From NCBI GenBank assembly GCA_016748015.1, contig JAAOMT010000761.1, forward strand, positions 173,331 through 237,330: 64,000 nt of DNA. Reading direction: 5' to 3'. A program made the translations under genes and the position numbers. This document shows positions 26,800-41,599 of the stretch, piece by piece. Under the pieces are notes generated by a model that was not told the origin of the DNA, searched no databases, and was given only the letters and a program-made list of their open reading frames with translations. This DNA comes from Geosiphon pyriformis uo1 (lineage: Eukaryota > Fungi > Glomeromycota). Positions within the stretch are counted from its first letter, which is position 1, and the number at the start of each line of letters is the position of its first letter.

Positions 26800-29700
26800 G
26801 TATGGAGAAGTTTTGGTTGGATAAGAAAAGTATGATCAGAAGTGTTTTAGATAGGCCTTTTTGAAAGGTTGTGTTGGATCATTTGGTAGTTGATAATGAG
26901 TTGATTTTGGAGCCAAATGAGATAAGATTGAATGTCGACTGTATTATGGAAGATTGAACAAGGAAACATGTGGTATCTTTTGTGATTCCTAGTCTCTGGG
27001 CTCATCAATATGCACCTTTGGACTATATTAGGGATGGTACTTTTTTTGGTGTGATGGATGTGATCAATATAGATGAATTGCTTTTGGTCGTTGGTGGTCT
27101 ACTTAATGACAAAGCCACTGGCCTGTCTGGCATTCCTAACAAACTATAGAAACATGGTAGTGAAGAAATACTGAAGTGCTTTTTGGTGTTGTTGAACATG
27201 TGTTTATCTGTTAGTATGGTGCCTGCTTTGTAAAGAAGAGTGTGGGTTTTAATGATTCCTAAGTCTTATGACTGAGATGGAGTTCTTACAAACACTTGGC
27301 TGATTGCTCTAATTAAAACTGCTAGAAAAATTTTGTTCAAAATTCTATCTGATCATATATTGTTAACATATAGCAAGTTTGGTGTTCTCCAGGGTGATAA
27401 CTTTTTGGTGTTTTGTGGCATGTCCACACAATCTCTGGTGTTTGCAGTTGGGTCAGTAGTAGAGAATGCTTTCGAAAAAAACAGAGAAATTTGATTGATG
27501 TTGTAGAATATGCGAAAAGCATATGATTCCATTGGTTGGCATCATTTAAGAGCTAGCTTATAGTGCATCAAAATATGTGAAAGATTCATTAAGTTTTTTG
27601 GTAATATCTATAAGGACAGGATTAACAGAGTAATGATTGATTTTGGCTTGTCAAATGGTTATAGAATTCATGATGATTTAGATTAAAGTGAAGTTTTTTC
27701 ACCTTTTTTGTGGAGAATTTTCTATAATCCACTCTTGTGCGAAATAAAAAGACATGAGCAGTTGTGTAGATACTGCATTGATTTAAAGTTTGTTGTGAAA
27801 ATGGGCAGAGTTGAAAGTGTTGGTGGAATGACATTTTATTTTGTGGCTGGTGTCTTTGTTGATGACACAATTTGGATTGGGAATTGTCAGGCCTTTACTC
27901 AATATGCTCTAAACATTGCCAGTGAATTTTTCAAGATCAATGATATCTCTATTAATAATAATAAGACAGTGGCTATTCCTATTAATCAGGGTGTTAAGAT
28001 TGCTTTTCTAAATATTTGTGGTCAGCCAATTTCTATTGTCAAAAAGAACAAAATGCATCATTATCTGGGGATCTTCTTGTTTACAGAGAGATTGTTTAAG
28101 CCAAGTGTTGCAAAGACTTATTCTGATATTCGTTTTTTTGTCAATGTTGTGCTCAGAAAGGCTATCACAGATAAACAGTACTTATACTTGGTTTCTGCCA
28201 TCTTGCAGTCTATTATTAGCTACCAGACTCAGTTTAATTATGTCTCATCTGGTGTTTATTACAAGTGAGATATTATGGTTAGGAAAGGTCTTAAGTCCAA
28301 GACTGGTCTGTCTCGTGATTTCTTTAATGCTGCTTTACATTACTCTTTTTTGTATGGCTTGAAGACTTTTGAGCAAGTGCAGTCTAAGGAGAAGATTGCT
28401 GCTCTGGTTTTTTTTTCTAATGCCTTTGGCATTCTTGAATGTTTGTTCAATCATAGGTTTTTGGACTTGCAGATTCTTGGTTGGGCTTCTCTAAACTCAT
28501 TCCAGTTTCTTGTTAAGCTGCATGTTAGTCTAATTGACAATTTTTTGGCTGAGATTGTGAAGATTTTTTTGGATAATAAACTTTTTTTGGTGAATAATCT
28601 TCCCAATGCTTTTCGTAGTTCTGGTTGTTTTCTGATGTCATCAATTCTTGGAAATTCTTTGTATTTTATTTCTGTTCAATCTCTGAGGAGATTTGGGGTT
28701 GCTTTTGGCAATTGTCTCTTGAGCAAAAAGGATAGTGTGCTTGATTGGAAAACCTTTTGTCATTGGAAGAGATTGGATTCTCAAAGCCCTGTACCTCACT
28801 GGTTCTTAATTGCTTCTGAGTTTTTGTTGGTCCAAGGTTTTTTTTCACCCAGCTCTACTGAATTTGGTCGATCTGATAGTCTGAACATTTTGGAGTCTGA
28901 TGTGTTTTCTGCTGTGAAAGATGGCTTGCATGATGTCTGGTCTGATTGTTTTGAGATATATACTAATGAATTTATGAAAGAAGCTGGCTTTGCTAATATT
29001 ACTTGTGGTGCAGCTGCATATTTTTTGGCTTTGGATTTGAATGTTGGGGTTGCATTTCATGGTCTTTTGTCATTCACTCTTGCTGAGTTGCAGGCCATTG
29101 TTTTGTCTCTTGAATGTGTTCTGTCTTCATGTAAGTTAGTTTTGTATATTGACAGCCAAGCTGCTATTGATTCTTACTTGTCGGAATTGTTGTCCGCTGT
29201 GCCTGATTTTCGAAACCAGTGCTGGTTGGAGAGGCATCATATTTTTAATTTGATTTAGGATAAAGATTTTGAGGTGGTTTGGATTAAGGTTAAGGGGCAT
29301 TCTGGTATCTCTGGCAATGTTAAAGCTGATTTGGCAGCTGAGAAGACTACTTGGTCTTTTTTTACACTGCTGACCAGAGTTCGTGAATGGTTTTTAGTGG
29401 CTAAAAACACTGCAGTTTTTAGCAACACCCATTATTTTGTTAGGGACATTTTCTAGTCTGTTAGTCGTGCTTACTGGGAGACTGGTCTTGGTTATGATGT
29501 GGTTTCTGATGGGCTGGTTGAAAGTGTGGACTGGATTTCTACTGCAAAAGTATGGCATCCTAATTCTCACATGTTTGCTGAATTCACTAGTCAAAGTTCT
29601 TTGACCTTGTGTACTTATTTTATAAAGGCTGTGCACAGGTATCTCTTAGTGGCAGTTTGGAAGAGGTTGTATAATAAGAGATATTCTGGTGTGATGTGCT

Positions 29701-31969
29701 TGCTGTGTAGTGAGGTGGAGTTTTCGGATCATGTCTTTATATGTGCTCAGGATATAGCTGTTTGCAATGAGATTCTGGCTGAGGCTTCTGCCTGTTGGGT
29801 TTCTGTGGCTGGTGTCTGTATTTTGTCATCTTCTGTTATTTTGCAGGCTTTGTCTGTTTGTTCTTTGGATGTTGGCTTGTATTCTGTTGTTTGTAAAGAT
29901 TTTGTACTAAGTGAGTGGTATGAAAAGGCTCAGAGTATTTTTGATGATAAAAAGTGGGCTGTTGGTGAGGTTGTCAATTTTGTTAGGTTTGTTATAAAGT
30001 TGTATCATGTGAAGATGTGGTTGGTGAGGTCTGAACACAGGGTGCAGATAGAGAAAACTGGCTTGGTTGTTAATGGGGGTGTAATTTCTGGTCTTTTCTG
30101 TAGTGTGTTTTCAATGTTGTCTAAAGAGGTGGTCAGATTACTTAGTGTCATCAAATCTTTTGCTATTAGCTTTGGTTGTTATAGACATGTTGTTTTTTTT
30201 CTGTTTGAGTGGCAATATGAGTGTTAATGTAGGTGTGTAGTGTTGCCTTATCTGGCCTGAGTGGCTAGCCACATGTAATAAGTACATGAGTCATATTTAA
30301 TTTGAACCACTTAGTTTAACTCTATGTACTAGATAGCAGTTGGACTTCACTCATTAAAATGCCTAATAAAAAAAAATTATATTTAATATATATTATAAAA
30401 TATTTTATTTACAATAATAATATATTATGTAAAATTTTATAATTATTTTTATAATTTATACATTATATTATATTATATTATATATATCTTAAACACAATT
30501 TTATTATTTTAAATACAATACTTTTAAACTTTTTACAAAAATTTTTTGTATATAAATTACTTTTTTATGTATATATATATATAGACTATACTGTATTTTT
30601 TTATATTAGAGATATATATTTTTAATTTTTGTATTAAAAACTATATTTGAAGAATTGCAACCAATTTTGGCTATTTTTTTATAATTTAAAAAATTATGTT
30701 TTATGTAAAAATTAAATTTATTTATTTTTAAGTTAAACAATAAATAAAATATAATAATATATAAATATTTATATTTGTATATTTGTTAGATATTAAAAAA
30801 CTTTATGGTTCTAATAATTAAGTTATTAATTATCAAAGACAACATTATATTTAGCAATAAATGAAGATGAATTAACATTATATAAAAAACACACTTAATT
30901 ACAAAAATTATTAAAAAATATAATATAAAAAATGTTTTTGATTGTGATAAAAGATATAAGTTTTATTTAAATAATTTTTAATACCATTTTTTTTAGCATA
31001 AATTTGAACTATAATTATTTACATATGTAATGCTATTAAAATTTAAAGGTGAATTATTAATTTCTATAATAAAATCTCCATTGTGGCGAGTTTAAAATTG
31101 AGGTTAAAATAAAAGTGAAAAATCTTTGCAGAAAAATTATTGTCAGTTTAAGAACCATCCATATCTTGAGAAATATTGTTAACCTCTCTTTTTTCAATGC
31201 TATTAATTGAAACTATTTAAAAGTTTAGAAATTTTTAATACTTTTGCATGGTCTAAAGTTTAGGAAGCAAATAGCACAAGTTTTTTTTGCAAATTCTCTA
31301 CTTACTGTAAAATTAGAATCAAATAAATAAGTAAAAAAACCAAGATCATGTTTGTTAAGAGAATAAAAAATGTGAAAAGTTGTTGTATAAGACAAAGTAT
31401 TTTTTAGATATTATAGTACATTTTTACTAAAAGGAATTAAAATTAATATATATATTTTTAAGCTAATTTTTTTTAGAATTAAGCCATAAGTTTAAAATAT
31501 TATAATAATATTTTGTTATTATGTTTTATCTGTATTTTTTAATACTTTGTTCTTTTTTTAATCCCAAATTATTTAGTTTGTGTTGCAATTAGATATTTTT
31601 ATATGAGATTTTATTTGGTTAAAAAGAAGATAAATCGGAAAAATACTGAATTTTTGTGTTTAATTTCGAATTAAAAGTTACTTTTTAGAGGGTAGTACAG
31701 AGTTGCAATTAATTTATGATTTTTAACTATTTATCTTGATTTTGTAAATTTTGATGAGATCAAATTTTTATTTATCTGGTTGGGAATATATGTTTTGAAG
31801 CAAGTTGAAATTTAGACTATTTTAAAATATAATAAATTTTAAAATAAGAAATAAAATACAAATTTCCCTATTTGTTATTGCTAATATTTGTAAGATAAAG
31901 CACAGAATAAATTGTCATAAAACAAAAAAAAATTAACAAATAAAAGGAAAATTAATAATTTGAATTAAT

Positions 31970-33400
31970 AAAAATATGATACAGAATTTATTTTTATTTT
32001 ATTTGCAACCAAACAAAAACATCAAGAAAGTTATGTAAATTTAATAAATTACTCTACTTCTAAAATGAAAAACCAGATAAAAATGTGCTATAACAAAAAA
32101 TGTTATTACTAATCTTTAATTTTTTTTATAATTAATATAAAAGTAAAAATCGAATAATTTAAAACATAGGTTGCTATGTTAAAAGTGGAAGCACAGAACA
32201 TTTGAAGAGTAATTAGAAAAAAAAAATTTTATTCCAAAAATAAGTCTGGATGTTAATCAAACTATCTCAGAACTTTTAAAGTTTATTCTTTTTTTAAGAG
32301 TTTTTAAATTTAAGACAATAAACAATAATTTGCAATAATATTTCTTATTATTACTAACAAATATTATTTGTTCAGGATTTCTTTATAAGAAAATATGATT
32401 ATCCAAAACTGATTCTCATAATACAAAATTTGAATTATATATTTATGTTTCACAAAAAGCTTTTTGCTTAGAAAAAAATTACAAATTAACTCCAAACATA
32501 TATGGTAAGTTTCTAAAGCATTCTAATCAAACTTAAATTAAGGAAAATCTGCTTTAAAACTGAAAAAAATTTTGAATATCAGTGAAAATCGAAAAAGTTA
32601 GGCTAGATAAAGAATTTCAAGTTTCCTTTAAAAAAAAATTTTTAACAATTAAATTTGCTCAAAATGAAAGATCACAAATTCCATATAACAAAAAGATTAA
32701 AAGTCTAATAATTAGTAAAGAATTTTACCAAAAGTTTTCTGCTGGATGTTTAAAATTAGAAAAGAAATTGATAAAGTTCTCAAACATTCAAAATATAAAA
32801 GGCTTGTATTCACTTGACATAGAGTTTTGGTGGGAGTAATGGAATTAATATTAATATTTTGCATAATAGAACATTTAAGTTTTTTAAAAAAACTTATTAG
32901 AATTTTTTATAAAGTCTATGTAGTTTTTGCTAGATTATATTTTCAATCTTAATTTAAATAAATCAAACAATAGAGGCTAGATTTTAAGGTTTATACATAT
33001 AAGCAACCACAGATTAGAAGTTTGATGTTTTTTTACTATGTCAACACAAAACTTCCAAGAAATATATTTTGTATAACAAATTACAATGACTTTGTTCCAA
33101 AATATCTAAAATTGTATTTTAGCAATGAGTTTTTATATTATGTCCAAGAATTTTGGAGTATGTAATTGTTTAGGTCATTGATATAAATTATGATCAAATA
33201 TATATAAATGTCCAAAATCTTTGACAACAAAAATATATAAGCTAGAATTACTGGTAGAATTTAAAAATTATTTTTGTTCAAGAAATTGAATTGAATATTG
33301 AAAAAAAATTTCTACTTTGAAAAGTTAAAATGCAGATGCTCATAGAGATATGGACACAATTATAATGTTTTTTTTGGATCTTTATTTTGGTTATTTCATA
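31970..33400 (+). pseudogene. Class 3 lipase (alpha/beta hydrolase) pseudogene
   Basis: KVYTYKQPQIRS...YVNTKLP..IFCITNYNDFVPKY at 32986-33105 is a decayed YTYGQPRIG...FRITNxNDxVP. Frameshifted TGHxxGG-like elbow near 32810, EFW and a C-terminal His follow. Boundaries approximate. Confidence 0.65.
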
Positions 33401-34204
33401 ACTATTTATAAATTTTAAATATAATAAAAAATTCAAAATCATTTGTAAATTGATATATAATCTATAAATTACTGTTTTTGAAAAATGCTTAATTTTTTAT
33501 TTGTAATTGATTAAATTAATACATTTCAATAGCAAAAGCAAAGAGTTTTTGTTTTACATAGTGAAAAGTATATTAAGTATGCTCAATATTGTCTAAATTT
33601 TAATATTTAATTCCGAATTTGCATAAAAAAAGTCTTAAAAATATTTAATTAGTAGTTTAAAAATAAAATTATTATTACTTAAACTTAAGCCAATATTAGC
33701 AATTCTTAAAGTTATTACCAAACTATTATTATTTAAAAATACTTATATTAATTACAATAATTTATTATACATTAGATTTTTTAAATATTTTATATCAATC
33801 ATTTCAAATTTCTGAATTAAATTTTAATAAACTTAAACAATAAACAGTAAATAACAAGAGTTTATTAAAATTGACAATGGATAAACAATTTTTTATTGTA
33901 AAAACTTTTTCTGATAACTTTATTATATACTAATAAAATTTTATTTCTATATAAACTAAATAGATAAAGAAAAAATAATTGACAAATATGGCTATCCTTT
34001 CATTTTTTACTCTTGTAAAAAATTTTAAACAACTCTTTTTCTATTCTTTATTCTTGTAAAAAATCTTAAACTACTTTTTTTTAACTCTTCATTTGTACAA
34101 AACATAAATACCAGACTAACAATTATCAATTCTTGATCACTTAATCCTAAAATTTAATTCAGTTATTTAATGATTAATTGTTTATGATGTTCTATTCCAT
34201 ATTT

Positions 34205-34500
34205 ATTGGTTATTTGAATATTGAATTGCAAATTATTGGTGGGTAATAGTTATATTTGAATGTTGAATTTGTGTATTTTTGGTGGTTTGCAGTTATTCAA
34301 ATATTAAGTTGTAAATTATTGGTGAATAATAGTTATATTTGAATGTTGAATTTACGTATTACTAATAAGTATAGTTATTCAAATGTTGAATTATGAGTTA
34401 TTAGTAAATAGTGATTATATTTAAATATTAAATTGCAAATTATTGATAAGTGATAGTTAATCAAATATTAAGTTGCAAATTATTAATGAGCAGTGGTTAT
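34205..34500. repeat. Degenerate tandem repeat, about 40-42 bp x 7
   Basis: Recurring GTTAT(A)TTGAATGTTGAATTGCAAATTATTGGTG. Confidence 0.8.
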
Positions 34501-34674
34501 CTGTCAATTGTTGGTGTTAAACTAAAGTCAAGCTTAATAAGATTTTCTTTTTCTACTGATTTTATTAAGTCTGTTCTGCTTACTAAATAGTAGATAAAAA
34601 AAGTTTAACTTATAATGTACATTAATAACTATAAGTGGAAACAGACATTTAGTTAGAATGTGATAAGCACAGAG

Positions 34675-34810
34675 GTTAAATAACAATTTATGTTATTAAC
34701 CATAAATAGAAGTAAATATTTGGCAAAATAAGTACATGTACAAAAATATAACAATTTATGTCATAGACCATAAGTAAAAATAGATATTTGGCAAATTAAG
34801 TACATGTATA
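34675..34810. repeat. Tandem duplication of about 68 bp
   Basis: TAACAATTTATGT...CCATAA...ATATTTGGCAAA.TAAGTACATGTA occurs twice. Confidence 0.7.
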
Positions 34811-36239
34811 GTGGTTGAAAACTCTGTGCTTGGTTGAGTTTTTTTGGTTAAGATTAAGGTTTTTTCTGGTAAAAAATAACTCTCTTTTTTATTCAACACT
34901 TAGAGCTAAAAAAAATACATCAACACTTTTATTTGAATTGTTTTATTAATTAGAAGTTTTTAATCTTGAAGATTTGCTGCAGTTATCATTATAACTGTAG
35001 ACAAAAATGAATTTCTCTTAGATTTTTTTAGTGTTTTTTGAATTTGTGAGTTATGAGTTATGAGTTGTGAGTAATAAGTCATTAGTTGTACTGATTATAG
35101 CTGTTGTGTTTATGAGTTGGTAAACATTAATAATTTATTATTGATAAAAATAAAAGTAATTTCATATAAAATAGCTTAAAAATAAAAAATACTTTTTTAT
35201 ATATGTTACTGTTTCTAAGTTATTAATTTTGAGATCAAAAATTACATTTTTGTTTTTCATGCAAAATCAAAAATCAAAAAATACATAGGTGGAGTTAACT
35301 AAATCTTTTTAGTAAAATTGATTTGAAAACAAAGTGTTATTTTTTAAAATCTTCTAATTAATAAAGTACTTTCTAAAAAAATTTTATAATATTATGCGAA
35401 TTTTTATAACTTAAGTAGATCCTTATGACTCTTTTTTTTTGACTCAGCTATCTTAAAATGACTAAATATAATCAGTATGAGAAATCAAATTTACATCTCC
35501 CTTAAAACTATAAAACTCATTATAACATTTAATTTAATTCTTCTACTTGCTTAAAAATTAGCTAAGAGAACAATATAAATGATCACAGCAGAATTAGTCA
35601 TTAAAAACATGAGATTTATATCTTATATCTGAAAAAAAATTAAAAAATATTTTATAGACAAAAAAAAAGAAAAAATACATAACAGAAAGTTTAAATATTG
35701 GTAAATTTTTGTATTTTTAGATAAGTGATTGATTGATTTCACTTGATTTAATCTATTTAAACAGGCTTACTGGGTGATTAATTTAATCTACTTAAATAGA
35801 CTAGTTTTTCAAAAAATCTTAGTTAATTTTACAAGAAATTATTAAAGATAATTAAACTTAATAGAAATTTTTCTATATTATTTTTCCTTATTATAACACA
35901 ATAATTTTATTAGAATTGCATGAAATAAGTAGAACTTATTTCAATAATGTCTTATAATCTAAAAGTAACAATGTTAATATTTTTATTTATTAAATTACTA
36001 AGCCTAAACTAAATAATAATTTTATTAAAAATACAAGATAAAATAAACTTTTTGGCAAACTAAAAATTAATTATTGAGTGATCAATTGATTTATTGATGA
36101 ATTGATTAATTTTTTATTTAAAATAATGAGAAAACATTAATACTAACAAGAATATTAATTGTTTATTTCTATTAAAAATTATCTCAAAATAAACAATAGA
36201 TATTATATTAATTACTTAAATATACTATATTAAATAAAC

Positions 36240-38300
36240 TAATAAAATTCAACCAGCTTATTAAAAGTAATAAAAAAACAAAAAAAAGAAACAATATTGT
36301 TTATTATATACTTTAACTTAACAATAAAACATTTCAATTAGAAGTTAATACTAAAAAAAACTAAGCAATTATACTATTGACCAATAATATACTTAGACAT
36401 AAAACAATATATGCAAAACTGCAATGCTTATTAAAGAAAAAAAAAGAAAGAAAACCAAATAAACTATTAAAGCTAATCAAAGTTAAATAACTATTTGATC
36501 AAATTAAAATTGATTTAATAATAATAACTAAAAACAACTAATATATTGCTATTATTATATACTATTTTATTAAATAACCAAAAATTAAAGTCATACAAAA
36601 AGCTAATATAGAATTAGTATCCAAATTTGTTTATTAAAACTTAATATATTAACATAAATATTTAAAAAACTATTATTAAATTAAACAATCTATTTTATAA
36701 ACAAAACATTAGCAAAATTAAACCAAAGATTTAAAGTTAAAAAACCACTATTGTTATTATATTATTTATAAATAAACGACTTAATTAAAAGATTCAATAG
36801 AATATTATATAAAATATTAACTAAAATAAGTTACAAAAACCAAAAAAAATAAGATATATTTATATTATCAGTATTATTTGCTTATTAAACAATAAAACAA
36901 GATACTATTCAAATAATATTATTTAAATTAATATATAACAGAATAACAATATTACAAATAGAAAAAAAATAATAACTAATAAAATTAATAATAAAAAATA
37001 CATTTTAAACTATATTGCTAAGATAAACATATAAATTAATAAAAATCTTGAAAAACAAAAAAACAGCTAATTGTATTAAAAAATCATAAAAAAAACAAAA
37101 AAAAACACAATAATTAGTTATTAAACAAGCTAGCTAAATTCAAGATTAAAAACAAAATATTTTTATATTATATAAAAGTAGAAATACAATAAAGTAATAA
37201 ATTTAATTTAAAATAAGACAAATTATTTTATATTTAAAAAAATACTTGAAAATAAATTATATAAACTATAACTAAAAAACAAAATCTTGATTAAAACAGC
37301 ACATAAAAATTAATTAAAGTTATATTATAGCAAATATTAGTAATCTTCAGTATACTTTAGTTAAAAACACAAAAAATACTAATTAAATCAGATAAAATTC
37401 TATAAAATTTAAAACCAATTATTATTATTAAAGCCAGTATATTATAAAACAGAAAATTGATATAAGTATACAAAAAAAACAGAAAATAAAAATAATTAAT
37501 AAAATATATATAATAACACAACAATTGTTTTAAATATTAAAAACCAAAAATTTAGAAATTAAAATAATAATAAACAAAAAATTTATTATAAAAATAATCA
37601 AAAAAACAGAATAGCTAAGAAAACTTTATATAATAATACTTAAAAACAAGAAAATAATTATATAAAAAACTTGTCAAAAAAGTAAAAAAGATTTTCAAAA
37701 TTTAGTAATAAGTATTTAACCAAAAAATACAGTTTTTAATAACATATTATTATTATTATATAAAACAACAACTAAATATTTAAACAGTATATACAAAAAG
37801 TTTTAAATAAATATTTAACAAAAAATAGTACAACAAATAAAATACTTTATTAGAAAAAACAATTTAATAATCTATTTAAAAGCAATTTACTAACTATATA
37901 TAATGTTTTATAAATACAATAAAATACTATTATACTTAATTATAAAAAACTTATAGAAAACTTAATAATAAACCAGTTAAAAAAAATAATTAACTCACAA
38001 TTTAAAAATTTGAAATCAGAAGTTTCCAAAATTATAATAAAAAAAAAGTACATAAATTTATTTAAAAAAAAAATTCAGAAAATTTCACAAAAACTTAATA
38101 TTAAAAAAAATATTATTATTTATATAAAAAAAACATAAAAAAATAATAATAATATAAATAGCCAATAGCAAAGTAAAAAATTATCAGAATACATAATATC
38201 AAAAATTCTAGAAATACTAATAAAAATTTCAAGAATTACAAAAATTGCAAAAATACCAAAAATTTTAGAATTAACTTAAAAAAATTATAGAAATTTCAGA
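36240..38300 (+). mobile_element. Ancient Ty3/Gypsy relic: integrase, 3' region and probable start of 3' LTR
   Basis: YY*PIIYLDIKQYMQNCNAY*R (HHCC remnant, about 36371-36440), FDQIKIDL, and INDLIKRFNRILYKIL (decayed TNGLVERFNRTL, about 36772-36820). 38110-38300 resembles U3 of LTR 5703-6533. Confidence 0.65.
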
Positions 38301-39722
38301 AATTTTATATTATAAAGATTTATATATATATAACAAAAATAATAAAAGCCAAAAAAACATTAAAAAAAGAACAAACCAACTTAATTTAAAATTAGTTTAG
38401 TTACTTTTACTTTAAATTAATCTACAAATTAAATAAAACTATCTATTAAATTTATATTATTTATTAATTAATAAATTCAAAACTGTTTTATTAAAATTTA
38501 TATTAGTATTATATTAATATTAATAGTATTTATTATAGTTATTTAACAATATTAGAACAATAATTCTTAATTATAGCTATTGATAAAATATTAATTATTA
38601 CTTTACTATTTTATTATTTTTAGTTATTTTAAATTACTAACTAATTATAAAAAAAGTTCTAAAATACAATATTGAAAATTGCCATATAAAAAACATAAAA
38701 AGTTTAAACATAGTTAAAAAACTAAGATTGCTTATTAAAAGGGTGCAAACACTAAAATAAACCAATTACCAAGTTAAAAAAACCTCAAATTTACTATTAA
38801 TTACTATTTATTAAATCTTTGTTTATTATACAAAAAACTCTAAACCAAAATTTTCTGAAAATTTTTAGAGTATATTTTATTTAATTCAAGTATCAAATTA
38901 TAAAAACACCAAATTTCATTTAAAAAATTTACTTATAATAATAATACTAAAACTAACTACAAAAAACATGTATTTAAAACTGCTTAACTGTTTGAAAACA
39001 TTGTAACTATACAAAAAAAAATACATTCTAAAGCTAATACAATAATTTGTAATTGGACTATAATAAATAAAACCAAACCAAAAATTCTGTTTCTAATACA
39101 TAAATCTAAATTATTAAATATACTGTAATACTAATTTTTATGTTTATTAAACTCAAATTTTATAAAAAGTTATTAATATTAACAGAAAAATATAAAAAAT
39201 TAATATTTAACAAAATTTATTTGAACTCAAAATACTTAAAAATTAAGTATCTGTTATAGAAAAAATATTTAGTAATTTATTAAAACATAAAATATACAAT
39301 TGTTAAAACAAACCAAATAAAAACCAAGTCATAAAAATTTAGTTATTTCTAATATTAAAAGCTTTTTTAGTTAAAAATTTTATCTTTCTTATTATACAGT
39401 TGTTTAATAAAAACAATACTAAAATATTTAATTAAGTAACAAATATTAAAAAAAACAGAATTCTTAAGAACCATAAAAATTAAAGTATTTTTTATAAATT
39501 TAAATACTAATAACAAAATATTATTTAAAAACAAATTATAATTATAAAAAATTTTAACTACTCTAATCAAAAAGTTGTTAATTAAACTAATTCTAAGATA
39601 AACAAAAAAAAACAAAAAATTAACTTAATATTTAAAAATTCAAAGATTTATAATTAAATAACCAGTTCAAAATACTATCAACATTAAAAAAACTTAAAAC
39701 AAAAGCCAACTTGTACTCAGTT
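38300..39722 (-). mobile_element. Ancient LINE ORF2 3' relic (RNase H region)
   Basis: Minus-strand QLQIIVLALECI...FSNS*AVLNTC at 38965-39080 matches ELQAIALALECV...DSQAALDAC of copy C. Confidence 0.65.
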
Positions 39723-39724
39723 TA

Positions 39725-41077
39725 CAGGGAGATATAAAAAATATTGAATATTTAATATAATATATAAAAAAAGCTATATATAGTAATACCATTACTAATT
39801 TAAGCCATAATTTTTTTTATAATTACTTATAGTTATAATCTACAATTTACATAAATTATGTCCTTGTAAAACACAACAGTAGATCATATGCATATATATA
39901 AAATATCAAACATTCTTGTTGTAAAAAAATTTATTGCATCAAATATGTCTTAGAAAAAAACTTTCTAAATACCAAAAAGAAAGAACTATTTCAGCAATAA
40001 AGTTAGGACATACAAACAGTGAGATTTTCATGACTATTAGATGTTCACATTCTTTTGTAATACATGTATGAAAGTCATACAAACTAAAAAAACTTCTTAA
40101 AAAACAAACAGACCGACCACAAATTTTTGACAAATATATACATAAACAACTTAAATATTCAATAATAGAGAATAAAAAAACCTGTCACCAAACTCTTTCT
40201 CAAATACAATTGAATTTTATTAAAAATACCAAAAAATCTATTTCTATACAAACTATTTAAAATGGATTAGCTCAAGAAAGACTTTACTTGTACATTCCTT
40301 GTCTCAAGCCATTAATTTCCAAATTAAATAAAAAAAACATTTACAATGGGCTCATACTTATGAAAATTGGACAGTAGAAGATTTTAAATGAATTGTTTGA
40401 TTAGATAAATCTACACATACACAATTTAGGACTACAGAATTTAGATATATATGACGTAAACCTTCTAAAAAGTTTTATAAAGTTTGTATTGCAGTCACAG
40501 TTAGAAAAAGTTTTGGTCACATGTTTTGGAAATGTTTTTCATGGGTTGGTTTGGGTCTTTTAGTTCTTTTGGTTGGTCATATTACTGGAATTATATACTG
40601 CAAAATCTTGGTTAATTATGCAATTTTTATAATAAAACTTCATGCAAAAAAAAACTAAAAAAAGTTTTTTTTTCAGAAAGACAATGTACTAATTCACACA
40701 TCAAAAGTCATGTGTTTTTTTTTTACCTCTTTAAATGTTAAATTACTTTCTTGGCCAGCATAAAGTCCTAATATTACTCCAATAAAAAATCTTTGGTCAT
40801 ATATTAAAGTTAAAATTCATCAACATAATTCACAACCCTTAAATATTGTTTAATTGAAACAGTGGGTTAAGAAAAAATGGAATGCAATACTTGTAAATTA
40901 CTATTGTAATTTGATCAAGTCTATGCTATCTCAAGTTCAAGCTATTTTTGAAGCAAATAGGGATCAAACAAAATACTAACATGTATTTTAATATAATAAT
41001 AAAAAATTAACAATTCATAAGTTAGTTTTTTTATATAACATATTATAAAAATGTCCAATACTTTTTATACTCCCTTG
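39725..41077 (+). mobile_element. Tc1-like DNA transposon, copy 2 (transposase pseudogene 39945-40979)
   Basis: TA TSD at 39723-24 and 41078-79, TIRs of about 28 bp, 345-codon span, 34 residues between D of QKDN and the E position of PI(K)NLW, i.e. DD34E. Confidence 0.92.
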
Positions 41078-41599
41078 TATATATACAAAATAATAATAAA
41101 ATATATTTTAATTTTTTTCAATTTTAATACTATTAACTTTAATTTTTAAAACTTTTAATTATTTTTATTTTAAAATAATAAAACGGATTTTATTCAATAT
41201 TAAAATATAATAATGTTAATTTAACAACAAAACTAAATTAATGAATATTGTATAATACAATAATTATTAAAACTCTGATTATTATTATAATTTAACAAAA
41301 ATGAGTTTGTTATAACAAACATACAAAACATCATAGCTAGTGTTGACAGAATTGAACATGAATTAGGAAACACTAAGACCGAATATAAGAGATGTGTAGA
41401 GAAGTTAGATAGATTAAGTGAATTAAAGAAGAAGTTAAAAGAGGAAGAAGATATAAACAAAAAACAAAAGAACAAGTAGATAAAAGAAAAGAAAGATCTG
41501 GAAAAGCAAAAAAAAAAGCTGGAGATAAAGAAGAACGAGTTGCTAAAATGGGCAGAAAACTACATACAGCAACAGATAATACAGATAATGAATTTACAA

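Larger units (their letters stand above)
22569..30240 (+). pseudogene. LINE B ORF2 (APE-RT-RNase H-CCHC), split by insertion
   Basis: Fragments 22644-23820 and 26800-30240 join collinearly with copy C ORF2. Confidence 0.9.
20568..30375 (+). mobile_element. LINE copy B, full length, interrupted by an LTR element at 23821-26799
   Basis: 15-bp TSD ATTATATTTAATATA (20553-20567 and 30376-30390), poly(A) tail, and ORF1, APE, RT (GVFVDD), RNase H (KVKGHSGISGN) and CCHC all present. Confidence 0.95.

Noticed and set aside
30990-31400. Possible minus-strand gene remnant
   Set aside because: No recognisable motif in any frame.
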